Assembly: GCA_951406725.2 (NCBI GenBank)
Contig: OX597816.1
Span: 68,944,001 to 69,008,000 of the forward strand
DNA length: 64,000 nt
Source: Octopus vulgaris
Lineage: Eukaryota
Direction of reading: 5' to 3'
Shown: positions 52,605 through 64,000 of the stretch, piece by piece
How positions within the stretch are numbered: position 1 is the stretch's first letter
Layout: each line of letters opens with the position of its first letter
The notes under the pieces: model-generated
Told to the model about the DNA's origin: nothing
What the model saw: the letters and a program-made list of their open reading frames with translations, nothing else
Database searches by the model: none
Made by a program: the position numbers and the translations under genes

Positions 52605-53690
52605 ACTTAGAATAATTTAGAAAGGTTTTGGCCAGTATTGGCCCAGGCCATGTCTAACTTAATAGCACCACCTGGTGAAGTCTTTCAGTTCAGGATTTGG
52701 GCACCAAGGCCCATTCGAGCAGAGAGTTATTGTTTGCGGAGACATATCCGGGTGTGGGTGGTTTGTCCGGTACTGTTTGAATGAATTTGTCCAAAGACTT
52801 CTTGAATTTTGTGTGGTCAGTTTCTTTTTTGACGTGCCCTGGTGTAATGTTGAAGAGAGCAGGTCCAATTGAGATGAAATAGTTGTGCCGTATTGTCGTT
52901 ATGTGATGCGATTTAGATTTTTGTTGTGGACGGATGGCACGTGGTCCAAGCCTTGGATGCATTTTGAAGGTGATGCCAACATCATTCGGACAGTGCTGGT
53001 GGAATATTTTCCACATCATACAGATAATGTAGCGTTCACGGCATCGTTGGAGTGAATACAATTTCAGCTTCTCTAGTCTACCCCAGTAGTCAAGGTCTGA
53101 CATGCCATCTATCTTTTTTGTGATTGACCTTTGGGGAGCTTCAATTCTCATAATATTTTGTTTTGTGTAGGGAGACCACAGTGGACAGCAGTATTCAAGG
53201 TGGGGTCGGGCAAAAGTGGAGAAGAGAAGGATAATAGCGTGGGAATCTCTCGACTGGAAGGTTCTGAGAATCCAGGAACACATTCTGCGGTCCATGTCAA
53301 CTTTGCTGCTTATATGTGTAGCCCAGCTTATGTTGTTGTCCACTGTTACTCCCAGGTCTCTGATGTTGTTGGATGCCATGAGAATTTCTCCAGAAGGAAG
53401 AGAGTATGGGATTTTCAGAGCGTCCTCCCTTCCAAAGTGGATCAGTTCAAATTTGTCTTCATTTAGCAACATGTTATTCTTTTCCGCCCATTGGACAACA
53501 GCCAGTAGGTCTGACTGAAGGTTTATTCGGTCATCCACGCCATTGATGACCTTCTGGAGCTTGGAGTCATCAGCGAAGGTTCTGATGTTACTGTGCTTGA
53601 TGGTATCAGTAATATCATTTATGTAGATGATGAAGAGAAGTGGGCCCAACACAGTGCCTTGTGGGACACCACTGCTGACTTTGCTGACTA
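52602..53690 (-). mobile_element. 5'-truncated CR1-group LINE (RT C-terminal half, open frame 52690-53652) with 3' UTR
   Basis: SGVPQGTVLGPLLFIIYIND, FADDSKL, LQSDL, DLGV, RPHLEYCCPLWSPY, LKLYSLQR.RERY. Short-repeat tail ttctaaattattctaagttatt abuts (TA)n. Confidence 0.92.
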
Positions 53691-53782
53691 TACAAGTGAA
53701 AATATAACTTATTTACCTAAGTTTTAACGTCATCTCCTTCGAAACTGTCACTTTGCGCAACAACACACCTGTCCCAGTTTGA

Positions 53783-54050
53783 GGCCTACGAAAGCCTTAT
53801 AAGTGAATATGGTAGATGGAAACTGAAAAAGCCCCTCGTTATATATATATATATATATGTGTGTGTATATATTTGTATGTTTGTGTCAATGATTGTTCCC
53901 CACCATCGTTTAACATCCGATTCGATGCTGTTGTGTTTACATCCCCTGAACTTAGCGATTCGGCAAAATAGACCAATATAATAAGTACCAGGCTTACAAA
54001 AAAAATAAGGCAGAGTCAAATGGCTGAAACAAATAAAAAAATAAAAGAAT
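53783..54050 (+). mobile_element. SINE family A lacking the head
   Basis: aaagcctt..gtg..ggtagatggaaactgaaa...cttagcgattcggcaaaa...gtcaaatggctgaaac. Confidence 0.8.
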
Positions 54051-54639
54051 ACCAAAACTCCGGGGTTGACTCTCGTTGCAGATATTCTACATCTCTTTGC
54101 TCCCCTCTACATGTCTTCAGATATTGCTATTGAAAAAATTTAGAAGTTTACTGAAGATGGGTCTTCGCTAATAACTATTTTCGCTAAAATTTTTGAACTA
54201 ATTCTGCATTAATTCTTGTTCTCTATATAAAACAGCACATGACATCTTGTAGATATTTTTAGTTAAATAATATGATTCGCTGTTAATAGTTTTGCTTGGA
54301 CGCGACTGTAGTATGCTATGTATCATATCGCCTTTTGAATGGAAAACAAACTACGTCCACAGTAATTGCTAATCATGTTTTGGTTTCATTGGAAATTCCA
54401 GTGGCCTTTTCAAGAATTTCAAAGCAAAAAAGAATGGAAACCCCAGAACTAATTATTTGTTGTGAAATGGTGATCGGACAAACACAGACACAAAGACACA
54501 CACACACACATACGCAGACACACACACACATACACACACACAGAGATATAAGTATGTATGCATATATATTTGTGTGCGTGTGTGTGTGTGTGTGTGTTAA
54601 TTACACCTATAAGGAGGAGTCGTTCTATCCATCCACCAA

Positions 54640-55072
54640 AGTGAATGGACGTTGGCCAGGAGGAACTGATGACGTCACACGGTATCCAACGTTCATCGGG
54701 TGTTTCGACTCTGAAACGTAACATGCCCGACCCCCGTTGATAGGTCAGCAGAAGTGGCCGCCAAATCACTGCGCCTCATCTCCTCCTGGTTTCCACCTTA
54801 ACTCTCCCCTCTTACTCCAAAACCAACAAGATGCTCTTTCAGCTGCATCTCTCATCTTGCCCATAGCTACCCTTCGCTCCTCACCTCTCATTCCAATTGT
54901 TGTAAGCATCCTGCATACCCACTGAGGATAGAATACTCTATAGCCAACCTCGACTGGGAAAAGCCATACTTGCCATCCTTTCTCCGTGCAATCTTGCAGA
55001 AGGTACTCATATCTTTTACATTTCTGTTCATGTGCCTCATCACACCCCCTCTTCTCACGGGACTGTTAGTTC
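54640..55072 (-). mobile_element. HERO-like LINE RLE C-terminus plus 3' UTR
   Basis: ELTVP*EEGCDEAHEQK..YEYLLQDCTEKGWQVWLFPVEVGYR...AAERASCWFWSKR. Confidence 0.85.
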
Positions 55073-55081
55073 AATATATAC

Positions 55082-55123
<42 letters not shown>

Positions 55124-55127
55124 TATT

Positions 55128-55284
55128 GGCTTCTTTCAGCTTCCCTCTATCAGAGCCATTCACAAGGCTTTGATCGGGCCGAGACTATAGTAGGACACAC
55201 TTGCCCAAGGTGCCATGCAGCGGCGCTGAGCCCGGAACCATGTCGTTGGGAAGCAAACATCTTAACACACAGCCATGCCTGCGC
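55128..55284 (-). mobile_element. SINE family A, 5' half
   Basis: Reverse complement of the family A head. Confidence 0.8.
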
Positions 55285-55530
55285 GTAGATGAATACGCAG
55301 CCACGACTCCGCCAAAATATTAAAACAAAATCTTTAGTAAAAGTTATTAACTATCAAAGATAAGAATTTGTTTCGAATAGCAGAATGCAACGACGCTTTT
55401 GGAGAGTTCTTGCATTGTGTGCATCTTGTGTTTAAGCGCTTTTGTTCTTCAAATTTTCAAAGAGAGGTTTTCTAGGTTAACTGTTTGATTAGTTCCGGTT
55501 TAGTTTCAAATTTAGAAATCTTGTTAAGAA

Positions 55531-55820
55531 TACATTTACATTATTTACATTATTTAAATTCGACGGGTATTTGTCCTCGTCTTGTTTGTTGTCAACGTTT
55601 CGGCTGATATACTCTCCAGCCTTCATCAGGTGTCTTGGGGAAATTTCGAACCTGGGTTTCTTATTCCTGAGGTATTTTTCAATGTTTTTATTAACATTAA
55701 TATCATTATTATCTCGCACTCTTAACCACTACGCCATATGCCCACGGGCATAGGGTGTAGTGGTTTAGAGCGCAGGATACTAACCCCAAGATTCCGAGTT
55801 CTATTCCTGGCAGTGACCTG

Positions 55821-55861
<41 letters not shown>

Positions 55862-56056
55862 CAACAACAACAACAACATCGAAAAATACCTTAGGAATGA
55901 AAACCAAGATTCGAAATTTCCCCAAGGCACCTGACGAAGGCTTGAGGGTATATCAACCGAAACGTTGTGTTAACAACAAAGATGAGGACAAGTATCCGTA
56001 AATTGTAAATAATGTAAATAAGGTACATAATTCCTCATCTCTTAAATATAGAACTG
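55531..56056. mobile_element. Head-to-head palindromic element: tRNA-like head, (AAT)n and hammerhead in each arm
   Basis: Symmetry centre cccacggg at 55741-55748. tRNA-like A/B boxes at about 55746-55820. HHR motifs at 55593-55633 (-) and 55926-55971 (+). Confidence 0.8.
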
Positions 56057-56484
56057 TAAGAACAGTTCGACTTTTTTCATTTGCACAAATGTCTAGTTGT
56101 TTACTATATAGACTATTTCAAAGATATGAATCTTTAATTTACTCTTTGTGATTTCTCAAACGATCATTTAGTTTTGTTTCTCTTTCTCCAATCTAATTCT
56201 CATTGCCTTGTGGTCATGTGACACAAGATGAGATTTGCTTTGCAGTTCATGTTTCTATTTACCTTCAATTCACTTCTATTTTTTAGCATTCTGGTTGTTT
56301 CACGTCTCGCAACGACTGCCCACACATTTTGTTACCTCCATTATTTCCTTCCCAGATGTGAATTTCACCTTTGTAATGCATTTCATGTGACTGCATGGCT
56401 TTCTTCGGTTTTTCATGATTTGTAATTGTTTATGGGATGGAAATTCAAGGTTTGGTGAAGAATTGTGTGGTATTGTGTAGTTTC

Positions 56485-57048
56485 TATTGTGTTGTCCGGA
56501 ACGTTCGCGCCGATTTATAGTAGCTTACCTTTCGACTTATTTTAGAACATGGTTGAGTCCATAAAATAGGATTTGATTAAACCTCCATTTAGAGCACAGT
56601 TTAATCTATCTTTTCGTGGAAAAAGGTTTATTTTCCTATAATCTGTGTTAATTCTGTAACCCTTTAAAATGGAAGAAAGTTCATTTTCGGCACTTGATGC
56701 TTTTGGAACCAGACACAAATTACTACAGCTCGGCTGGGATGTGTTACCCACTTTCCATATTCACCAGATATTGCTCCTTCGGATTTCTACTTATTCAGGT
56801 CTCTGCAGAATAGTCTTAATAGTATAAATTTCAATTCCTTGGATGACGTAAGAAGATACCTTGATGAATTATTTGCCATGAAACCACCTCAAATCTGGAA
56901 AGAGGGTATATTCAAGTTAAAGGAAAGTTGGAGACGGAATGTGCAACAAAATGGTTCGTATTTGGTGGATTAAAGTTGTAATGGCAGGTATTAATTGACC
57001 GTTTCCTTTCCTTTAAAAATCGGCACGAACTTTCCGGCACGAACAATA
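56485..57048 (+). mobile_element. Internally deleted mariner
   Basis: TIRs tattgtgttgtccggaacgttcgcgccgattt / aaatcggcacgaactttccgg..aacaata. LLQLGWDVLP..PYSPDIAPSDFYLFRSLQN. Confidence 0.85.
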
Positions 57049-57129
57049 GGATAAGTGTAATTCTAATTAGAATATATATATTTCTGTTTCCCCGTAAAAT
57101 GAGAAATTAGATTTCTTTTGCGTTGGTTA

Positions 57130-57900
57130 TGGTATGCTTTATCACATTTTGTGAATATTTTTTTCTCTGGGAAGCCATATCCAGTTTACGTGTCTCTTTA
57201 AAATTTCTCTCTGTAAACCTTGAGAATATGAGTCTTACCATTGAGAATGGTACGTTTCCTTTTGTGTGGAATGTGTGGCAAGATATAAAAATCTGAATAT
57301 TGGTGTGTATGGTTGTTCTTGGAGTAGAGATGGGTTACAATTGCCGCATTTTATTTATGTATCAGAATGTCCAGAAAATGAAGATGAAGTTCTCTTTTAT
57401 TCATTTCCATAGTGATCGATGCTATTTATTAATTTAAGGAATCTTGTTAGGTCCGTCTTTCATTTGCTCGAAAATATGAACCAATTTCCTACTAAACCAG
57501 TTTCCTGCTAAATAATATTGGAAATTGTTGATCAAATGTTAATCTAGACAAGGTATAGATTTTACGTGCACAAAACCTATTTCCTGTATCACAAACTTCG
57601 ATGCACTTTGTATCTATTGCCGTGCCTTTTATTTGTGGTTAATATAGGTTATGAAAGGAGTAATTGTTTTCTAATACCAGTCATAATCCTCCAAGTATAA
57701 ATGAAAAGTTTATTACATTTGTGTCAGTGGGTTCAATGTTCCATTGACCGTTTGTACAATTATAGTGTTCTTTCTTACCTCTTTGGAACTCCTGTTCTCG
57801 AAACAATATTTCTTGTCGTGTTACATCGGCACCCCGTCTTTTAATTAATCTATTTTGTGGAAAGAGGTCGTCCTGTCTTTGAAGCACCATCTACCGTGAT
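57130..57900 (-). mobile_element. Old Penelope-like RT remnant
   Basis: FILGGL*LVLENNY...QIKGTAIDTKC...TMEMN...FLDILI...HQY..F..CH..HTKGNVPF (cf. Q.KGTAMGTK; FTME..LPFLDI; QYL.F.S.HP.H.K.NIPF). Confidence 0.65.
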
Positions 57901-58990
57901 ATTTTGAATTTGTTCTTACTAAATTTTCTTTGGTTCCAAGATTAATTATGGTCTGTTCTTCTATTGTTATTTCTATCTTTATATGTTGGCTCGTTCATGC
58001 AATGTTTTCTTTAGTTTGATGATCTAATTTTCTTTGTTATTCCATTACTAGTATTTTTTTTTGTGGTAGGTGAATTCGTCTTGGTGTGAGTTATTGAATT
58101 CTTTTCCATTTTTAATAACGTTAACATAGAGGAAATTATGGGTTGTCAGCCTTTGATTATTTTTAGATTCGACTTATACATTAGAACGAAAGGAGTTGTT
58201 TCTGCTATTGTTACATTATTTTTAGATTTCAATAATTCTGTTTCGTAATTTTGTTTGTAACGTCTGTAACCACATAGCTTCTGACTAATATTTTATTTGC
58301 TTTGGTTTCTCGTCTCTCTACATCTTTCTTCCATAGATCAAACACTGTTTTTTACTTATTTCCTCGCTTTTTTGTTTCAATGGTTTCTTTCTTCATTATT
58401 TCCCCACATTTCACAAATTTCTCTTTAAATCGTGGTGGAAGAAAGTCTTAGAATTCCAATTATTGAAGGACGTGATTTATTCGGATTTTGGATTCCGCAT
58501 TTGGTTCTGATCTGATATTCTTTATACGGACTTGTCGTATGTATCTGCTATATCTTTGTTTCTAATTGCGATATGCTTGTTTTGCTTGACTTAAACTATT
58601 CTATGTTTTCACCACTTTGTTTTTCTTCCTACACGCTTCATTCTCCAAGTGCATTTCATTCTATACCTTAAATAGACCCTGTGTATTGGAATTTTCATTG
58701 TAATTAGTATCATAGAGGGCATCTTCGGAGTTTCCTTAGGGTATGTAGTATGTTTTAATGTTAAAGAATGTCTACATTTCCTCCGTAAATATTTCTCGAA
58801 ATGCTCATATGAGTCATATCTATTTGTGATGACCGTCGGTTTTCTATATATCTCCTAAATTTCTTTCACTCACCTTTAAATTCACAGTTGATTGATTCAA
58901 CTGAGTTTCAATTTGTCAGTGACATTCTCTTTAAATATTTAAAAAGCATCGCAGCAACAAAGACAGTCGCAATATTTCTTTTTACAAAGG

Positions 58991-59265
58991 AACGAATCTA
59001 TTAGAAAGAAGTTTTCTTATTGTGCGTATTTTGTGTAAAAACGCTTTTGTCGTTCAATTTTACATCAACAAAAGAAAAAAAAAAAGAGTTCTTTATTAGA
59101 ATATCAGATCCGAACCTGATCAGGAAATAGCTAAAGCCACTACCAAGAACAACTTTCTCTACAACAGATAAACCCAAAACACGTGTGTTTGGAAAATTGA
59201 ACGACAAAAGCGTTTTTACACAAAATACGAAAACAATAAGAAAACTTCTTTCTAATAGATTCGTT
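58991..59265. repeat. Fold-back element with about 72-bp arms
   Basis: 58991-59061 is inverted at 59193-59265. Confidence 0.85.
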
Positions 59266-59341
59266 ACATTTCACTTTATGGAAACATCTTTTAAATAATG
59301 AATTAAAAAATCTCGCTTTATCTCTCTCTCTCTCCCTCTCA

Positions 59342-59401
<60 letters not shown>

Positions 59402-59456
59402 GTCTGTCTGTCTCTCAATCTCTCTGTATGCATTCATGTATGTATGTGAATAAACG

Positions 59457-59529
<73 letters not shown>

Positions 59530-59544
59530 AATAATAATAATAAT

Positions 59545-59754
59545 AATAAATATAAGAGAGTGGTCACTATGTGGCTCACTCTAGCACTAGTAATAGATCC
59601 AATAGGTTTCAACCACAAAATACATGTTTCCCATGAAAGTCAGTACGATTGTTAGCGACTTTCATGGGAAACATGAATTTTTGTGGTTGAAACCTATTGG
59701 ATCTATTACTAGTGCTAGAGTGAGCCACATAGTGACCACTCTCTTATATTTATT
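59545..59754. repeat. Near-perfect long hairpin (about 97-bp arms, 15-nt spacer)
   Basis: 59545-59641 is the reverse complement of 59657-59754. Confidence 0.92.
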
Positions 59755-59882
59755 TTTGTATAAAATATTATAATATGTTATAAAATATTATAATAATCCA
59801 GGTTTCTCGGGGCACTGGGCCACTTGGTGTTGAATAGGTATACTATTAAATTAGTATCTAATTCTCTCACCCTTATTAATTA

Positions 59883-60318
<436 letters not shown>

Positions 60319-60333
60319 AAACGCACTCACACG

Positions 60334-60378
<45 letters not shown>

Positions 60379-61525
60379 GCACACACATATATATATATGT
60401 GTGTATGTTTGTGTGAACGAATATTGATATGTAAAACAGAAAAAAATATATTTATGCTTGCCTGTGTATACATTTTCAGGTATTTGTCTACATCGGTTTA
60501 TGTATATCTAATTCGCCGCATAGTTAGAGTACGTTAGAGAAATATGAAGCACTTAGTATGTAGACGATAAATGTAATCCATCTAGTTCCATATATATGTA
60601 TATATATATATGTGTGCGTTTATGTGCGCGCGTCTGTGCATGTATGTGCGTGTGTACATAAATAAATGTATAGTCACACACATGTGTATACATGTACATA
60701 CATACATACAGATAGACAACACACACACAGACATATATATATATAGATATATGCCTGTTTATATGTATTTATGTATAGCCTGTTCGCCTGAATATCGCAG
60801 ATACAGACTCCAATAAACTAATTTACAAACAATTATCATGTACTATTAAAATAATTTAACATTGTCTCCATACCTAAAACATCTTCGTCTACAGGAATGC
60901 TCATGCTCCAATGAATTTAATTTTGTAGAAATACAGTTTTATGTCTGTACAGTGAAGGAATTTAATTTGTGATTCAGATGAATGGTATCTGGTACTATAA
61001 TAAATGAACAGGCATGAGACTCATTCTCTGAAATGAAACTCATCGGAGCATATCCGTTTTCATAAATATTGATCAAAAAATGATTTTAATAGCTGAAGGA
61101 CTTTGAGAGCTGTAGACAATAAAGAGTCGTTACGATATTTATTAAATTATTTTATAGCCGGATTTTTTGGTGTGTAGGGGTTGTATTTAATCGAACAAAA
61201 CCTGGTAGCGCCTAACCAAGCAAAATTCAGAAAGGTGCGCCCGAGTATCCAGCCATTCGGTAAGCCAGTATCCGCAACAAAAATAGAAAGAAAAACCACA
61301 CAATCATCGTTAACACTGAAAAGAACACCTACTTCAACAAAATCGATAAAACCAGATATAGAGACTACAGCATGCCCAACTAGAAGCACACCAACAGCAT
61401 TATCACCAAGAAGACGAACAGCAATAATAACCATAGCAACAGAGATATACAAACAACACCAGAACAAAATCAGAAATATTAACATAATAATAATAATCAT
61501 AATATGCACTGCTCTCTCACTCAAT

Positions 61526-61578
<53 letters not shown>

Positions 61579-61644
61579 CAATAAAAATAATAATAACAAT
61601 AATAAAAACAACAATAAAAAAATAATAATAATAACAACAACAAC

Positions 61645-61740
<96 letters not shown>

Positions 61741-61750
61741 AAGAAGAACT
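61526..61750. repeat. Compound (AAT)n/(AAC)n/(AGA)n microsatellite
   Basis: Directly visible. Confidence 0.95.
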
Positions 61751-62284
61751 GAAGAAACTACAACAAAACAATTATCACCTTATATGCAAAATCCTCATGT
61801 ATAAAGTTCTGAAAAAAAAAAGAAAGATTTGAAAGCGTACGTTCGTTCGACTAGAACCAAAATGCTTATTCTAGTCGAAGGCCTGGGCGAGATTACCTCC
61901 TCATTTACTCCACAAAGGAAGCTTTTTGTGTACACTTAATGAGAAGTGCACCGCTTTCTCGGTTTAATCACATGACATGGTAATCGTCAAGACAGATTAA
62001 AATAATTCGGAAGTCTCTGTAAAATTTCCGGTCAAATGAACCCAGGGCAAAATGACCGACTTGCCTACTTTTGTTTTAGTTTTACTCATTTAAATGGCTT
62101 TACTGGCAATAAAGTCATAAATATACGGTCGGCATGGATGCAGTAACACATGCTCAACGACACTATTTCAAGATGTTTGAATTGCATAGCAATTAACGGG
62201 AATATGATGTGGTAGAAAAATCTTTCAGCCTCATTGTAGAAGTCTATTCCTCCGAGGAATAGACTTCTAGATTGGACAAATCAG

Positions 62285-63208
62285 GATAAATCTTGCGATC
62301 GACGATGTCTATAACAAAACCCATCGCGCTACATTGCTTTCGCAAAGGAGTGTAATTTCTCCGCCCATTGGCTAAGGCAATGGAATATCTATAAAGCTGG
62401 ATGTATATTTAGATGGAGTCTATGTCTATAGTAGAGCATGTCCACTGAAACTGGAAGAGCATGTCCACTGAAACATCAAAGAATGTATTTGATGGGCCTG
62501 GCTGCCAATGAAGCTATCGGTCTGTCTAAGATTGATTGCAACAGGCATGTTGTATATCATTACATTTGTGTTCTGTTTTCCAGTCGCACTTGAGGAGTCT
62601 CTCGGGAAAGAGTTAGGGCACTGTGAAAATTCGATTGCAGTTGACGAAGTGACAGATAAGCTGAGTTTCTATAGGGAAAGCCAAATGCCGAATGCTAGAT
62701 GCATCGTACGTCGAGACTACTCCCAGGCATGCAGGACTCTACTTCTTAGCCAATACCGTTTCCGAGAAAACAGCATTCTTTTGCGTATTAATACAAGTAT
62801 GAACGATGATGTTCCCTGAAACTCACACTGTTCTCTTATGACAAGAACAGTATGAGAAGCTTCATCTAAAGGACATTGCAATTAGGGCCTGTGAAGGACT
62901 TCTAAAGGAAATTGGGAATATAGAAATACACGTCGGGAATATTATATTCTCAGGACAGGTTACAAGGAGTTATGCATTTAGTGACGAAACACGCTACCGT
63001 TCACTGCCTGTGCATTATCTATTTGTGTGCGCTTGTGTTAAACAGCTGCTAATGCGTTCTGGACAAATCTTGCGATCGACGAAGTCTATAACAAAACTCA
63101 TTGCGCCACATTGCTTTCGCAACGGAGTGTAGTTTCTCCGCCCATTTGCTAAGGCAAATCTATTCATTTGATGGACTTATCTATAAAGCTGGATGTATAT
63201 TTAGATGA
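62285..63208 (+). repeat. Direct repeat pair (about 130-145 bp) about 780 bp apart
   Basis: aaatcttgcgatcgacga.gtctataacaaaac...gctggatgtatatttagatg at about 62285-62415 and about 63066-63208. Confidence 0.8.
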
Positions 63209-64000
63209 AGACTGTTACAGGACAAGCCGTCTTTCATTTGAATTTCAAAATCCGAGTGCAACTGAAGCAATTAAATGCAAGGCTTATTCGTGCGTAAAGC
63301 TTGATCGAGGTTTGTGTATAGATAACAATAGACCTTTTGATGCTGGTCAATGTAATAGATAATGTATAGATTGTGAAGTAATTGGATATGGCAGTGTTAA
63401 AGAAAAGCACAATGGATGATTCTAGAATAGACACTTTCAAGACAGTGAGGAAGGCGAAGAGAAGTAAAAGAAAAAGAAAAGCACTTCATATAATACAGGT
63501 TTTTAAATCCGGGAAATTCAGAGTCGAGAGAGGAGTCCCGTCTTCCGATGCAGTCCTTCTTCACACGTAAGCGCATTCACCACGAATAAGGATTCAAACC
63601 TTTTCAAACTACAAGTAGGTCAGTTGGTCGCGGTGTCCGGCGTGTATCATATATATGAGCCAAATGAAATATTGTCGCTTCCAAAGCTGCATTGCAAGGA
63701 AGGCGAAATACAAGAGGTGGAACTCACGAATTACCACTCATCTGCGATGCAGCATCCTCCGCAATGCGGCTTATAGGTTATAAATGTTCATTTACGTAAA
63801 CAGACAAACATATAACGAATGGAAACGATTCAACACATTTTCTATAGTTATTTATTAGATCGAATATGTGTTAATATTGAAATTACATTTGTTCTACTAA
63901 CTTTATATGTCTACGTACATGGTTAGAATATCGATATGCATTTTTTCGACTAACCATTATAACTGCACGCACGACAAGTATTACAATATTTCTTTTATTT

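Noticed and set aside
54666-54720. CTGATGA...GAAACGTA hammerhead-like spacing
   Set aside because: No convincing stem I or stem II closure; it is the antisense of the HERO-like 3' UTR.
61181-61804. 207-aa ORF with poly-N/I/R
   Set aside because: Low-complexity trinucleotide repeats; no domain.

Overview
AT-rich eukaryotic DNA, very probably from an Octopus genome (inferred from the abundant (TA)n/(CA)n tracts and the tRNA-derived SINE families). It reads as intergenic or intronic: no host protein-coding exon, rRNA, genuine tRNA or CRISPR array can be supported, and most listed ORFs are microsatellite artefacts. The window is a mosaic of decayed mobile DNA: five tRNA-derived SINE families, RLE-type LINE fragments (R4/Dong-like and HERO-like), a CR1-group LINE, Tc1/mariner/DD37D remnants, a Helentron/DINE-1-like element and at least six Penelope-like element (PLE) remnants with RT and GIY-YIG motifs. 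The most interesting signal is about a dozen minimal type I hammerhead ribozyme (HHR) motifs, in several unrelated short non-coding elements that mostly sit in (TA)n tracts. These include a 364-bp-unit, terminally redundant retrozyme-like element (13813-14319) and a palindromic element joining a tRNA-like Pol III head to an HHR (55531-56056). Several long fold-back elements are also present. Together they suggest a PLE-mobilised network of ribozyme-bearing parasitic RNAs. All structures were read by eye and need computational confirmation.
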